From Mobula hypostoma (lineage: Eukaryota), in NCBI RefSeq assembly GCF_963921235.1, contig NC_086097.1, forward strand, positions 137,084,001-137,148,000: a stretch of 64,000 nt of DNA, read 5' to 3'. Positions 37,138-50,900 of this stretch are shown here, one piece after another. Under the pieces are notes generated by a model. The model saw only the letters and a program-made list of their open reading frames with translations, did not search any database and had not been told where the DNA came from. Positions within the stretch are counted from its first letter, which is position 1. Every line of letters starts with the position of its first letter. The position numbers were made by a program, and so were the translations under genes.

Positions 37138-38656
37138 ATTTAACAATTTGGGTTGATGAAAGGTCATCAGTCAGATTGTTAACTACATCTCCCTCAGTTG
37201 ATGCCAGCCTTTCGGTTTGTATTTCAGATTTCCGGCAACTGCATATTTTCCTTTGGGTTAATTCTAAGTCCTTCCCAACAGCTTTGGCTGATCTTGTTGG
37301 CTCACAGAACTGATCCCATCTGAGCTCCTCTGGCCTTCAGGGAGAAATTATTTTTTTCTTTGATGTTGAGTACGATTCAAGGAAAAGTAGCCAAGAAGTA
37401 AAACAAAAAAATAGCCAAAAAAACTTAAGCAAGTTATCCTTGCTGTGCATCTAATGTACTGGCACGACTCAGTGGAATGATTCCAGGCTTTGCAACTATT
37501 ATTTATAACTAACAATGCAGGCACCTCAGGATCACAGTACACTATAGTTTACAAACTTCACTAATGTCAGTGTAAGTGTTAATTACATTTCCCCTTTCAT
37601 TAAGGTCATTTTGCTACCCCTGCTAGCTCATGCTGTGGGAAAATTAATCTTCAGTTCATGGACCATCCAAAACAAATCTTGAGAATTGGCAGCCCCAGCT
37701 GCACTCTAGATCTGGTGGGGAGATCATCCAGTTAGCCATCGCAGAGGTGAGTCTCTTTGTGATGTTACTCAGTGGAAGTCTTCCTCCCTGAACTGTCTTT
37801 TGTTATTTGAGCGGTTGCTGACCTTGAACTAATGTACTTGTGGCAGGGCTTTCAACCAGAACGTTGGCCCAGTAAACATACAGGGAATGGCCACCACACA
37901 ACCCAACCCATTTGCTCTTTACAAACCGGTAAGATTGCTAGATCCGTGTTCTTCCCGAGCCAAAGAAGGGCGTTCAGATGGTGGTTGACCAATCGAAGCA
38001 CTGCCTTCTGTTGAGAATGTGTAGTCACTGCTCCACACAAAGGGTTGCTGGACAGGGAGATGGTGAATCACGGCAAAACCTCAAAATATCACATCCTCAC
38101 AGACGCCTCCACTTTATAGAAAACCCATTCAGAAATGCCTTCACTGGCATCCAGTAACCAGAGAATAAATGGGCCTCTCGCATTACAGCCACAGAGTTGG
38201 CATCAACAGTCTTTGTTGTAAAAATATGCACTGTACTTACTGAAAAACTCTCAGTGGAATGGAGGTTTCTTTACCCTAGATTCACAGCTGCAATGAAGCC
38301 CATCCATTCTCCTGGACAGAGCAAAGTTTCCAACTGCTGTACAATACTCATAAAGAGAGTCTACCACTACACAAGGAGAAGATTCTTGCCTGAAGATCCA
38401 GCACCAGTGCTTATTAACCAGCATACACTGAGTCTGTGCGAAGTCCCATCAAATGGGAGCAAGCTGCAAGGGAAGGAGCAGCAGCCCTCAGAGTGAATCT
38501 TCCAAAGAGCAACACTGCACAGTGAGTAGCTCTGACACGAGAAGAACTTGCTTTGTGCAAGGCCCTCGGAAACCTTCAAGAAATGTGCTCACATTTGGGA
38601 CAAATTCACAGATGTTTTGCCGAAGGTTATTTGGACCACTGATCGTCCATTGTCCG

Positions 38657-38999
38657 TGTAACGCTCAGTTATATTGGCTCGTATATGTCTAGGGGAAATC
38701 CACCCAGCACCTGCCTCGACGCTTCCCACGGAGTCGGTCGCCACCCGAATCAAGCCCAAACATTAATCATCAGCCAGCACACCCAGCACGTTTTACCAAG
38801 TACACTTTATAGATATTACTAATCCTATGACATTAATATAAATTTGATACAGAAAAGGAAGTAATGAAAAAAAGGCGCCAAGACTTATCAAAGTCCAAGT
38901 ACTTTGCGCGCAACCATTGGAGCTCAATCGATTCCTGACGACCACCCGAATCCTGTCGACTTACAACTCGGGACCACCCGCAGTGATCAACCGGAAGCC
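38657..38999. mobile_element. LTR-like head preceding the tandem array
   Basis: Abrupt switch to CpG-rich sequence beginning TGTAACG, a typical LTR terminus. It has an AT-rich core and runs without a break into the first array unit. The second end is not in the window. Confidence 0.45.
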
Positions 39000-41900
39000 T
39001 TCCGCACATCTGCCGTCCTCCCCGTCTCTCCTCCAACTCCCCGTCTCTCCACCATCCTCCCCGTCCTCCAACTCCCCGCCAAAACCCCCGCACGTCCGCC
39101 AACCTCCTCATCTCTCCTCCGACACCCCGCCAAATACCCCGTCCACCGTCCTCCCCGTCTCTCCTCCGAATCCCCGCCAAAAACCCCCGCACGTCCACCG
39201 TCCTCCTCATCTCTCCTCCGACTCCCCGTCAAAAACCCAGTCCGCCGTCCTCCCCGTCTCTCCTCCAACTCCCCGCCAAAAACCCCCGCAAGTCCACCGT
39301 CCTCCCAGTCTCTCCTCCGACTCCCCGCCAAAAGCCCCGTCCACCGTCCACTTCGTCTCACCTCCGAGTCCCCGCCAAAACCCTGCACGTCCACCGTCCT
39401 CCCCATCTCTCCTCCGACTCCCCGCAAAAACCCCTGCACGTCCGCTGTCCTCCTTGCCTCTCCTCCGACTCCCCTCCAAAAACCCCATCCACCGTCCTCC
39501 TCGACTTTCCTCCGCCTCCCCGCCAAAACCCCCACACATCCACTGTCCTCCCCGTCTCTCCTTCGACTGCCCCCAAAAACCCCTGCACGTCGGCCGTCCT
39601 CCTCGTCTCTCCTCCGACTCCACGCCAAAAACCCCCGCATGTCCACCGTCCTCCTCGTCTCTCCTCCGACTCCCCGCCCAAAACCCCCGCACGCCCACCG
39701 TCCTCCCAGTCACTCCTCCGACTCCCCCCCCAAAACCCCCGCATGTCCACCGTCCTCCCAGTCTCTCCTCCGACTCCCCGCCAAAAACCCCGTCCACCGT
39801 CCTCCTCGTCTCTCCTCCGACTCCCCGTCAAAAACCCCCACATGTCCACTGTCCTCCCCGTCTCTCCTCTGACTCCCCCCACAAAACCCCAGCTCTTCCA
39901 CCATCCTCCTTGTCTCTCCTCCGACTCCCCGTCAAAAACCCCCGCACGTCCACCGTCCTTCCAGTCTCTCCTCCGACTCCCTTCCAAAAACCCCGTCCAC
40001 CGTCCTCCTCGTCTCTCCTCCGACTCCCCGTCAAAAACCCCCGCATGTCCGCCGTCCTCCCCGTCTCTCCTCTGACTCTCCCCCAAAACCCCCGCTCTTC
40101 CACCGTCCTCCCCGTCTCTCCTCCGACTCCCTTCCAAAAACCCCGTCCACCGTCCTCCTCGTCTCTCCTCCGACTCCCCGTCAAAAACCCCCGCATGTCC
40201 ACCGTCCTCCCCGTCTCTCCTCTGACTCCCCCCCACAAAACCCCCGCGCATCCACCGTCCTCCCCATCTCTCCTCCAACTCCCCCCCAAAAACCCCGTCC
40301 ACCGTCCTCCCAGTCTCTCCTCCAACTCCCCGCCAAAACCCCCACACGTCCACCGTCCTCCTCGTCTCTCCTCCAACTCCGCGCCAAAACCCCCGCACGT
40401 CCACCGTCCTCCTCGTCTCTCCTCCGACTCCCCGCCAAAACCCCACACGTCCACTGTCCTCCCCGTCTCTCCTCCGACTCCCCCCAAAAACCCCCGCACG
40501 TCCGCTGTCCTCCTTGCCTCTCCTCCAACACCCCACCAAAAAACCCCGTCCACCATCCTCCTCGTCTCTCCTCTGACTCCATTCCAAAAACCCCGCACGT
40601 CCACCGTCCTCCCCGTCTCTCCTCTGACTCCCCCAAAAAACCCCGCACGTCCACCGTCCTCCCGTCTCTCCTCCAACTCCCCATCAAAAACCCCCGCAAG
40701 TCCACCGTCCTCCGTCTCTCCTCCGACTCCCCCCAAAAACCCCCGCACGTCCGCTGTCCTCCTTGCCTCTCCTCCGACTCCCCTCCAAAAACCCCATCCG
40801 CCGTAATCCTCGTCTCTCCTCCGCCTCCCCGTCAAAAACCCCCACACATCCACTGTCCTCCCCGTCTCTCCTTCGACTCCCCCCAAAAACCCCTGCACGT
40901 CCGCCGTCCTCCTCGTCTCTCCTCCGACTCCATGCCAAAAACCCCCGCATGTCCACCATCCTCCCCGCCCCTCCTCCGACTCCCCGCCCAAAACCCCCGC
41001 ACGCCCACCGTCCTCCCAGTCTCTCCTCCGACTCCCCCCCCAAAACCCCCGCATGTCCACCGTCCCCCCAGTCTCTCCTCCGACTCCCCGCCAAAAACCC
41101 CGTCCACCGTCCTCCTCGTCTCTCCTCCGACTCCCCGTCAAAAACCCCCGCACGTCCACCGTCCTTCCAGTCTCTCCTCCGACTCCCTTCCAAAAACCCC
41201 GTCCACCGTCCTCCTCGTCTCTCCTCCGACTCCCCCCAAAAACCCCTGCACATCCGCCGTCCTCCTCGTCTCTCCTCCGACTCCACGCCAAAAACCCCCG
41301 CATGTCCACCATCCTCCTCGTCTCTCCTCCGACTCCCCGCTCAAAACCCCCGCACGCCCACCGTCCTCCCAGTCACTCCTCCGACTCGCCTCAAAAACCC
41401 CTGCATGTCCACCGTCCTCCCGTCTCTGCTCTGACTCCCCCCCAACAAAACCCCAACTCTTCCACCGTCCTTCCAGTCTCTCCTCCGACTCCCCGCCAAA
41501 AACCCCCGCCTGTCCGCCGTCCTCCCATCTCTCCTCCGACTCCCCCCAAAAACCCCCGCACGTCCACCGTCCTCCCCATCTCTCCTCCGACTCCCCCCAA
41601 AAACCCAGTCCACTGTCCTCCCGTCTCTCCTCCAACTCCCCGCCAAAACCCCCACACGTCCACCGTCCTCCTCGTCTCTCCTCCAACTCCGCGCCAAAAC
41701 CCCGCACGTCCACCGTCCTCCCAGTCTCTCCTCCAACTCCCCGCCAAAACCCCGCACGTCCACCGTCCTCCCAGTCTCTCCTCCAACTCCCCGCCAAAAA
41801 CCCCCCGCAAGTCCACCGTCCTCCCAGTCTCTCCTCCAACTCCCCGCCAAAACCCCGCACGTCCACCGTCCTCCAGTCTCTCCTCCGACTCCCCGCCAAA

Positions 41901-44900
41901 AGCCCCGTCCACCATCCTCCTCGTCTTTCCTCCGCCTCCCCGCCAAAAACCCCCACACATCCACTGTCCTCCCCGTCTCTCCTTCGACTCCCCCCAAAAA
42001 CCCCTGCACATCCACCGTCCTCCCCATCTCTCCTCCGACTCCCCCCCAAAAACCCGTCCACCATCCTCCTCGTCTCTCCTCTGACTCCCCTCCAAAAACC
42101 CCCACACGTCCAGCGATCATCCGCCGTCCTCCTTGAAAAACCCCGCACGTCCACCGTCCTCCCCATCTCTCCTCTGACTCCCCACCAAAACCCCGTCCAC
42201 CGTCCTCCCCGTCTCTCCTCTGACTCCCCGCCAAAAAACCCCACATGTCCACCGTCCTCCCCGTCTCTCCTCCGACTCCCTGTCAAAAACCCTCGCATGT
42301 CCACCATCCTCGTCCCTCCTCCAACTCCCCACCTCAAAACCCCCACACGTCCACCGTCCTCCCAGTCTCTCCTCCAACTCCCCTCAAAAACCCCGTCCGC
42401 CATCCTCCCAGTCTGTCCTCCAACTCCCCGCAAAAACCCCGTCCACCATCCTCCCAGTCTCCCCCCCGACTCCCACCACACACCCCGGCCACCATCCCCC
42501 CAGTCTCTCCTCCGACTCCCCCCAAAAACCCCCACTCCCCCCCGACTCACCCCCAAAAAGCCCCACACGTCCGCCGTCCTCCTCGTCTCTCCTCCGACTC
42601 CCCCCCAAAACCCCGTCCACCATCCTCCTCATCTCTCCTCCGACTCCCCCAAAAAACTCCGTCCACCGTCCTCCCCGTCTCTCCTTCGACTCCCCCCAAA
42701 AACCCCTGCACATCCACCGTCCTCCTCGTCTCTCCTCCGACTCCACGCCAAAAACCCCCGCATGTCCACCGTCCTCCCCGTCTCTCCTCCGACTCCCCGC
42801 CCAAAACCCCCGCATGCCCACCGTCCTCCCAGTCTCTCCTCCGACTCCCCGCCAAAAACCCCCGCACGTCCACCGTCCTCCCAGTCTCTCCTCCGACTCC
42901 CCGCCAAAAACCCCGTCCACCGTCCTCCTTGTCTCTCCTCCGACTCCCCGTCAAAAACCCCCGCACGTCCACCGTCCACCCCGTCTCTCCTCCGACTCCC
43001 CACCAAAAACCCCCGCACGTCCACCGTCCTCCCAGTCTCTCCTCCGACTCCCCGCCAAAAACCCCGTCCACCATCCTCCTCATCTCTCCTCCGACTCCCC
43101 CAAAAAACCCCGTCCACCGTCCTCCCAGTCTCTCCTCCGACTCCCCCCAAAAAACCCCATCCACCAGCCTCCTCGTCTCTCCTCCGACTCCCCCCCAAAA
43201 ACCCCGTCCACCATCCTCCTCGTCTCTCCTCTGACTCCCGTCCAAAAACCCCACACGTCCAGCGTCCTCCCCGTCTCTCCTCCAACTCCCCGCAAAAACC
43301 CCGTCCACCGTCCTCCCAGTCTCTCCTCCGACTCCCACCCAAAAACCCCCGCACGTCCGCCGTCCTCCTCGTCTCTCCTCCGACTCCCCCCCAAAAACCC
43401 CGTCCACCATCCTCCTCGTCTCTCCTCCGACTCCCCCAAAAAACCCCGTCCACCATCCTCCTCGTCTCTCCTCCAACTCCCCCCGAAAAACCCCGTCCAC
43501 CATCCTCCTCGTCTTTCCTCCGACTCCCCGCCAAAAATACCCGCATGTCCACCGTCCTTCCCATCTCTCCTCCGACTCCCCCCCAAAAACCCCGTCCACC
43601 GTCCTCCTCGTCTCTCCTCCAACTCCCCGCCAAAACCCCCGCACGTCCACCATCCTCCTCGTCTCTCCTCCAACTCCCCGCCAAAAACCCCCACATGTCC
43701 ACCGTCCTCCCGTCTCTCCTCTGACTCCCCCCCCAAAACCCCGCACGCCCACCGTCCTCCCAGTCTCTCCTCCGACTCCCCGCCAAAAACCCCCGCCTGT
43801 CCGCCGTCCTCCCATCTCTCCTCCGACTCCCCCCAAAAACCCCCGCACGTCCACCGTCCTCCCCATCTCTCCTCCGACTCCCCCCAAAAACCCAGTCCAC
43901 TGTCCTCCCGTCTCTCCTCCAACTCCCCGCCAAAACCCCCACACGTCCACCGTCCTCCTCGTCTCTCCTCCAACTCCGCGCCAAAACCCCGCACGTCCAC
44001 CGTCCTCCCAGTCTCTCCTCCAACTCCCCGCCAAAACCCCGCACGTCCACCGTCCTCCCAGTCTCTCCTCCAACTCCCCGCCAAAAACCCCCCGCAAGTC
44101 CACCGTCCTCCCAGTCTCTCCTCCAACTCCCCGCCAAAACCCCGCACGTCCACCGTCCTCCAGTCTCTCCTCCGACTCCCCCCAAAAACCCCGTCCACAG
44201 TCCTCCCAGTCTCTCCTCCGACTCCCCCCAAAAACCCCGTCCACCGTCCTCCTCGTCTCTCCTCCGACTCCCCCCAAAAAACCCCGTCCACCATCCTCCT
44301 CGTCTCTCCTCTGACTCCCCTCCAAAAACCCCCACACGTCCAGCGATCTCCCCGTCTCTCCTCCGACTCCCCCCAAAAACCCCGTCCACCGTCCTCCCCA
44401 TCTCTCCTCCGACTCCCCCCCAAAAACCCGTCCACCATCCTCCTCGTCTCTCCTCTGACTCCCCTCCAAAAACCCCCACACGTCCAGCGATCTCCCCGTC
44501 TCTCCTCCGACTCCCCCCAAAAACCCCGTCCACCGTCCTCCCCATCTCTCCTCCGACTCCCCCCAAAAACCCCCGACCATCCGCCGTCCTCCTTGTCTCT
44601 CCTTCGACTCCCCCCAAAAACCCCCGCACGTCTGCCATCCTCCTCGTCTCTCCTCCAACTCCCCGCCAAAAACCCCGCACGTCCACCGTCCTCCCCATCT
44701 CTCCTCTGACTCCCCACCAAAACCCCGTCCACCGTCCTCCCCGTCTCTCCTCTGACTCCCCGCCAAAAAACCCCACATGTCCACCGTCCTCCCCGTCTCT
44801 CCTCCGACTCCCTGTCAAAAACCCTCGCATGTCCACCATCCTCGTCCCCCTCCTCCAACTCCCCACCTCAAAACCCCCACACGTCCACCGTCCTCCCAGT

Positions 44901-47900
44901 CTCTCCTCCAACTCCCCTCAAAAACCCCGTCCGCCATCCTCCCAGTCTGTCCTCCAACTCCCCGCAAAAACCCCGTCCACCATCCTCCCAGTCTCTCCTC
45001 CGACTCCCCCCAAAACCCCGACTCCCCCCAAAAACCATCCCCCCAGTCTCTCCTCCGACTCCCCCCAAAAACCCCCGCACGTCCGCCGTCCTCATCTCTC
45101 CTCCGACTCCCCCCCAAAAACCCCGTCCACCATCCTCCTCGTCTCTCCTCTGACTCCCCCAAAAAACCCCGTCCACCGTCCTCCCAGTCTCTCCTCCGAC
45201 TCACCCCCAAAAAGCCCCACACGTCCGCCGTCCTCCTCGTCTCTCCTCCGACTCCCCCCCAAAACCCCGTCCACCATCCTCCTCATCTCTCCTCCGACTC
45301 CCCCAAAAAACTCCGTCCACCGTCCTCCCCGTCTCTCCTTCGACTCCCCCCATAAACCCCTGCACGTCCGCCGTATTCCTCGTCTCTCCTCCGATTCCAC
45401 GCCAAAAACCCCCGCATGTGCACCGTCCTCCCCGTCTCTCCTCCGACTCCCCGCCCAAAACCCCCGCATGCCCACCATCCTCCCAGTCTCTCCTCCGACT
45501 CCCCCCCCAAAACCCCCGCATGTCCACCGTCCTCCCAGTCTCTCCTCCGACTCCCCGCCAAAAACCCCGTCCACCGTCCTCCTCGTCTCCCCTCCGACTC
45601 CCCATCAAAAACCCCCGCACGTCCACCATCCTCCCCGTCTCTCCTCCGACTCCCCACCAAAAACCCCCACACGTCCACCGTCCTTCCAGTCTCTCCTCCG
45701 ACTCCCTTCCAAAAACCCCGTCCACCGTCCTCCCAGTCTCTCCTCCGACTCCCCCTCAAAAACCCCCGCACGTCCGCCGTCCTCCTCGTCTCTCCTCCGA
45801 CTCCCCCCCAAAAACCCCGTCCACCATCCTCCTCGTCTCTCCTCCGACTCCCTTCCAAAAACCCCGTCCACCGTCCTCCTCGTCTCTCCTCCGACTCCCC
45901 CTCAAAAACCCCGTCCACCATCCTCCTCGTCTCTCCTCTGACTCCCCTCCAAAAACCCCCACACGTCCAGCGTCCTCCCCGTCTCTCCTCCGACTCCCCC
46001 CAAAAACCCCGTCCACCGTCCTCCCCGTCTCTCCTCCGACTCCCCGTCAAAAACCCCCGCATGTCCACCGTCCTCCCCGTCTCTCCTCTGACTCCCCCCA
46101 CAAAACCCCCGCTCTTCCACCGTCCTTCCAGTCGCTCCTCCGACTCCCCCCAAAAACCCCGTCCACCTCGTCTCTCCTCCAACTCCCCCCAAAAACCCCG
46201 CCCACCGTCCTCCTCGTCTCTCCTCCGACTCCCCCTCAAAAACCCCGTCCACCATCCTCCTCGTCTCTCCTCTGACTCCCCTCCAAAAACCCCCACACGT
46301 CCGCCGTCCTCCTCGTCTCTCCTCCGACTCCCCCCCAAAAACCCCGTCCACCATCCTCCTCATCTCTCCTCCGACTCCCCCAAAAAACCCCGTCCACCGT
46401 CCTCCCAGTCTCTCCTCCGACTCCCCCCAAAAAACCCCATCCACCAGCCTCCTCGTCTCTCCTCCGACTCCCCCCCAAAAACCCCGTCCACCATCCTCCT
46501 CGTCTCTCCTCTGACTCCCGTCCAAAAACCCCACACGTCCAGCGTCCTCCCCGTCTCTCCTCCAACTCCCCGCAAAAACCCCGTCCACCGTCCTCCCAGT
46601 CTCTCCTCCGACTCCCACCCAAAAACCCCCGCACGTCCGCCGTCCTCCTCGTCTCTCCTCCGACTCCCCCGCAAAAACCCCGTCCACCATCCTCCTCGTC
46701 TCTCCTCCGACTCCCCCAAAAAACCCCGTCCACCATCCTCCTCGTCTCTCCTCCGACTCCCCCCCAAAAACCCCGTCCACCATCCTCCTCGTCTTTCCTC
46801 CGACTCCCCGCCAAAAATCCCCGCATGTCCACCGTCCTTCCCATCTCTCCTCCGACACCCCCCCAAAAACCCCGTCCACCGTCCTCCTCTTCTCTCCTCC
46901 AACTCCCCGCCAAAACCCCCGCACGTCCACCATCCTCCTCGTCTCTCCTCCAACACCCCGCCAAAAACCCCCACATGTCCACTGTCCTCCCCATCTCTCC
47001 TCCAACTCCCCCCAAACCCCGTTCTTCCAGTCTCTCCTCCGACTCCCCGCCAAAAAACCCAGCACGTCCACCGTCCTCCCGTCTCTCCTCTGACTCCCCC
47101 CCCAAAACCCCGCCCGTCCACCATCCTCCCAGTCTCTCCTCCGACTCCCCCCAAAAACCCCGTCCACCATCCCCCCAGTCTCTCCTCCGACTCCCCCCAA
47201 AAACCCCCGCACGTCCGCCGTCCTCATCTCTCCTCCGACTCCCCCCCAAAAACCCCGTCCACCATCCTCCTCGTCTCACCTCTGACTCCCCCAAAAAACC
47301 CCGTCCACCGTCCTCCCAGTCTCTCCTCCGACTCACCCCCAAAAAGCCCCACACGTCCGCCGTCCTCCTCGTCTCTCCTCCGACTCCCCCCCAAAACCCC
47401 GTCCACCATCCTCCTCATCTCTCCTCCGACTCCCCCAAAAAACTCCGTCCACCGTCCTCCCCGTCTCTCCTTCGACTCCCCCCATAAACCCCTGCACGTC
47501 CGCCGTATTCCTCGTCTCTCCTCCGATTCCACGCCAAAAACCCCCGCATGTGCACCGTCCTCCCCGTCTCTCCTCCGACTCCCCGCCCAAAACCCCCGCA
47601 TGCCCACCATCCTCCCAGTCTCTCCTCCGACTCCCCCCAAAAACCCCCGCATGTCCACCGTCCTCCCAGTCTCTCCTCCGACTCCCCGCCAAAAACCCCG
47701 TCCACCGTCCTCCTCGTCTCCCCTCCGACTCCCCATCAAAAACCCCCGCACGTCCACCATCCTCCCCGTCTCTCCTCCGACTCCCCGCCAAAAACCCCCA
47801 CATGTCCACTGTCCTCCCCATCTCTCCTCCAACTCCCCCCAAAACCCCCGCACTTCCACCGTTCTTCCAGTCTCTCCTCCGACTCCCCGCCAAAAAACCC

Positions 47901-50900
47901 AGCACGTCCACCGTCCTCCCGTCTCTCCTCTGACTCCCCCCAAAACCCCGCACGTCCACCGTCCTCCCAGTCTCTCCTCCGACTCCCCCCAAAAACCCCG
48001 TCCACAGTCCTCCCAGTCTCTCCTCCGACTCCCCCCAAAAACCCCGTCCACCGTCCTCCTCGTCTCTCCTCCGACTCCCCCCAAAAAACCCCGTCCACCA
48101 TCCTCCTCGTCTCTCCTCCGACTCCCCTCCAAAAACCCCCACACGTCCAGCGATCTCCCCGTCTCTCCTCCGACTCCCCCCAAAAACCCCGTCCACCGTC
48201 CTCCCCATCTCTCCTCCGACTCCCCCCAAAAACCCCCGACCATCCGCCGTCCTCCTTGTCTCTCCTTCGACTCCCCCCAAAAACCCCCGCACGTCTGCCA
48301 TCCTCCTTGTCTCTCCTCCAACTCCCCGCCAAAAACCCCGCACGTCCACCGTCCTCCCCATCTCTCCTCTGACTCCCCACCAAAACCCCGTCCACCGTCC
48401 TCCCCGTCTCTCCTCCAACTCCCCCCAAACCCCGTTCTTCCAGTCTCTCCTCCGACTCCCCGCCAAAAAACCCAGCACGTCCACCGTCCTCCCGTCTCTC
48501 CTCTGACTCCCCCCGCAAAACCCCGCCCGTCCACCATCCTCCCAGTCTCTCCTCCGACTCCCCCCAAAAACCCCGTCCACCATCCCCCCAGTCTCTCCTC
48601 CGACTCCCCCCAAAAACCCCCGCACGTCCGCCGTCCTCATCTCTCCTCCGACTCCCCCCCAAAAACCCCGTCCACCATCCTCCTCGTCTCACCTCTGACT
48701 CCCCCAAAAAACCCCGTCCACCGTCCTCCCAGTCTCTCCTCCGACTCACCCCCAAAAAGCCCCACACGTCCGCCGTCCTCCTCGTCTCTCCTCCGACTCC
48801 CCCCCAAAACCCCGTCCACCATCCTCCTCATCTCTCCTCCGACTCCCCCAAAAAACTCCGTCCACCGTCCTCCCCGTCTCTCCTTCGACTCCCCCCATAA
48901 ACCCCTGCACGTCCGCCGTATTCCTCGTCTCTCCTCCGATTCCACGCCAAAAACCCCCGCATGTGCACCGTCCTCCCCGTCTCTCCTCCGACTCCCCGCC
49001 CAAAACCCCCGCATGCCCACCATCCTCCCAGTCTCTCCTCCGACTCCCCCCCAAAACCCCCGCATGTCCACCGTCCTCCCAGTCTCTCCTCCGACTCCCC
49101 GCCAAAAACCCCGTCCACCGTCCTCCTCGTCTCCCCTCCGACTCCCCATCAAAAACCCCCGCACGTCCACCATCCTCCCCGTCTCTCCTCCGACTCCCCA
49201 CCAAAAACCCCCACACGTCCACCGTCCTTCCAGTCTCTCCTCCGACTCCCTTCCAAAAACCCCGTCCACCGTCCTCCCAGTCTCTCCTCCGACTCCCCCT
49301 CAAAAACCCCCGCACGTCCGCCGTCCTCCTCGTCTCTCCTCCGACTCCCCCCAAAAACCCCGTCCACCATCCTCCTCGTCTCTCCTCCGACTCCCTTCCA
49401 AAAACCCCGTCCACCGTCCTCCTCGTCTCTCCTCCGACTCCCCCTCAAAAACCCCGTCCACCATCCTCCTCGTCTCTCCTCTGACTCCCCTCCAAAAACC
49501 CCCACACGTCCAGCGTCCTCCCCGTCTCTCCTCCGACTCCCCCCAAAAACCCCGTCCACCGTCCTCCCCGTCTCTCCTCCGACTCCCCGTCAAAAACCCC
49601 CGCATGTCCACCGTCCTCCCCGTCTCTCCTCTGACTCCCCCCACAAAACCCCCGCTCTTCCACCGTCCTTCCAGTCGCTCCTCCGACTCCACCCAAAAAC
49701 CCCGTCCACCTCGTCTCTCCTCCAACTCCCCCCAAAAACCCCGCCCACCGTCCTCCTCGTCTCTCCTCCGACTCCCCCTCAAAAACCCCGTCCACCATCC
49801 TCCTCGTCTCTCCTCTGACTCCCCTCCAAAAACCCCCACACGTCCGCCGTCCTCCTCGTCTCTCCTCCGACTCCCCCCCAAAAACCCCCGCACGTCCACC
49901 ATCCTCCCCGTCTCTCCTCCGACTCCCCACCAAAAACCCCCCCACGTCCACCGTCCTCCCAGTCTCTCCTCCGACTCCCCCCAAAAAACCCCATCCACCA
50001 GCCTCCTCGTCTCTCCTCCGACTCCCCCCCAAAAACCCCCGCACGTCCGCCGTCCTCCTCGTCTCTCCTCCGACTCCCCCCCAAAAACCCCGTCCACCAT
50101 CCTCCTCGTCTCTCCTCCGACTCCCTTCCAAAAACCCCGTCCACCGTCCTCCTCGTCTCTCCTCCGACTCCCCCTCAAAAACCCCGTCCACCATCCTCCT
50201 CGTCTCTCCTCTGACTCCCCTCCAAAAACCCCCACACGTCCAGCGTCCTCCCCGTCTCTCCTCCGACTCCCCCCAAAAACCCCGTCCACCGTCCTCCCCG
50301 TCTCTCCTCCGACTCCCCGTCAAAAACCCCCGCATGTCCACCGTCCTCCCCGTCTCTCCTCTGACTCCCCCCACAAAACCCCCGCTCTTCCACCGTCCTT
50401 CCAGTCGCTCCTCCGACTCCCCCCAAAAACCCCGTCCACCTCGTCTCTCCTCCAACTCCCCCCAAAAACCCCGCCCACCGTCCTCCTCGTCTCTCCTCCG
50501 ACTCCCCCTCAAAAACCCCGTCCACCATCCTCCTCGTCTCTCCTCTGACTCCCCTCCAAAAACCCCCACACGTCCGCCGTCCTCCTCGTCTCTCCTCCGA
50601 CTCCCCCCCAAAAACCCCGTCCACCATCCTCCTCATCTCTCCTCCGACTCCCCCAAAAAACCCCGTCCACCGTCCTCCCAGTCTCTCCTCCGACTCCCCC
50701 CAAAAAACCCCATCCACCAGCCTCCTCGTCTCTCCTCCGACTCCCCCCCAAAAACCCCGTCCACCATCCTCCTCGTCTCTCCTCTGACTCCCGTCCAAAA
50801 ACCCCACACGTCCAGCGTCCTCCCCGTCTCTCCTCCAACTCCCCGCAAAAACCCCGTCCACCGTCCTCCCAGTCTCTCCTCCGACTCCCACCCAAAAACC

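Noticed and set aside
45416..50548. 1710-aa Pro/Ser-rich ORF (extensin- or mucin-like) and other long plus-strand ORFs in the array
   Set aside because: The consensus unit has no stop codon in any frame, unit lengths are not held to multiples of three, and the peptide drifts among all three readings. Long ORFs occur in all six frames, so there is no sign of coding constraint. RNA-seq or Ribo-seq would be needed to revive it.
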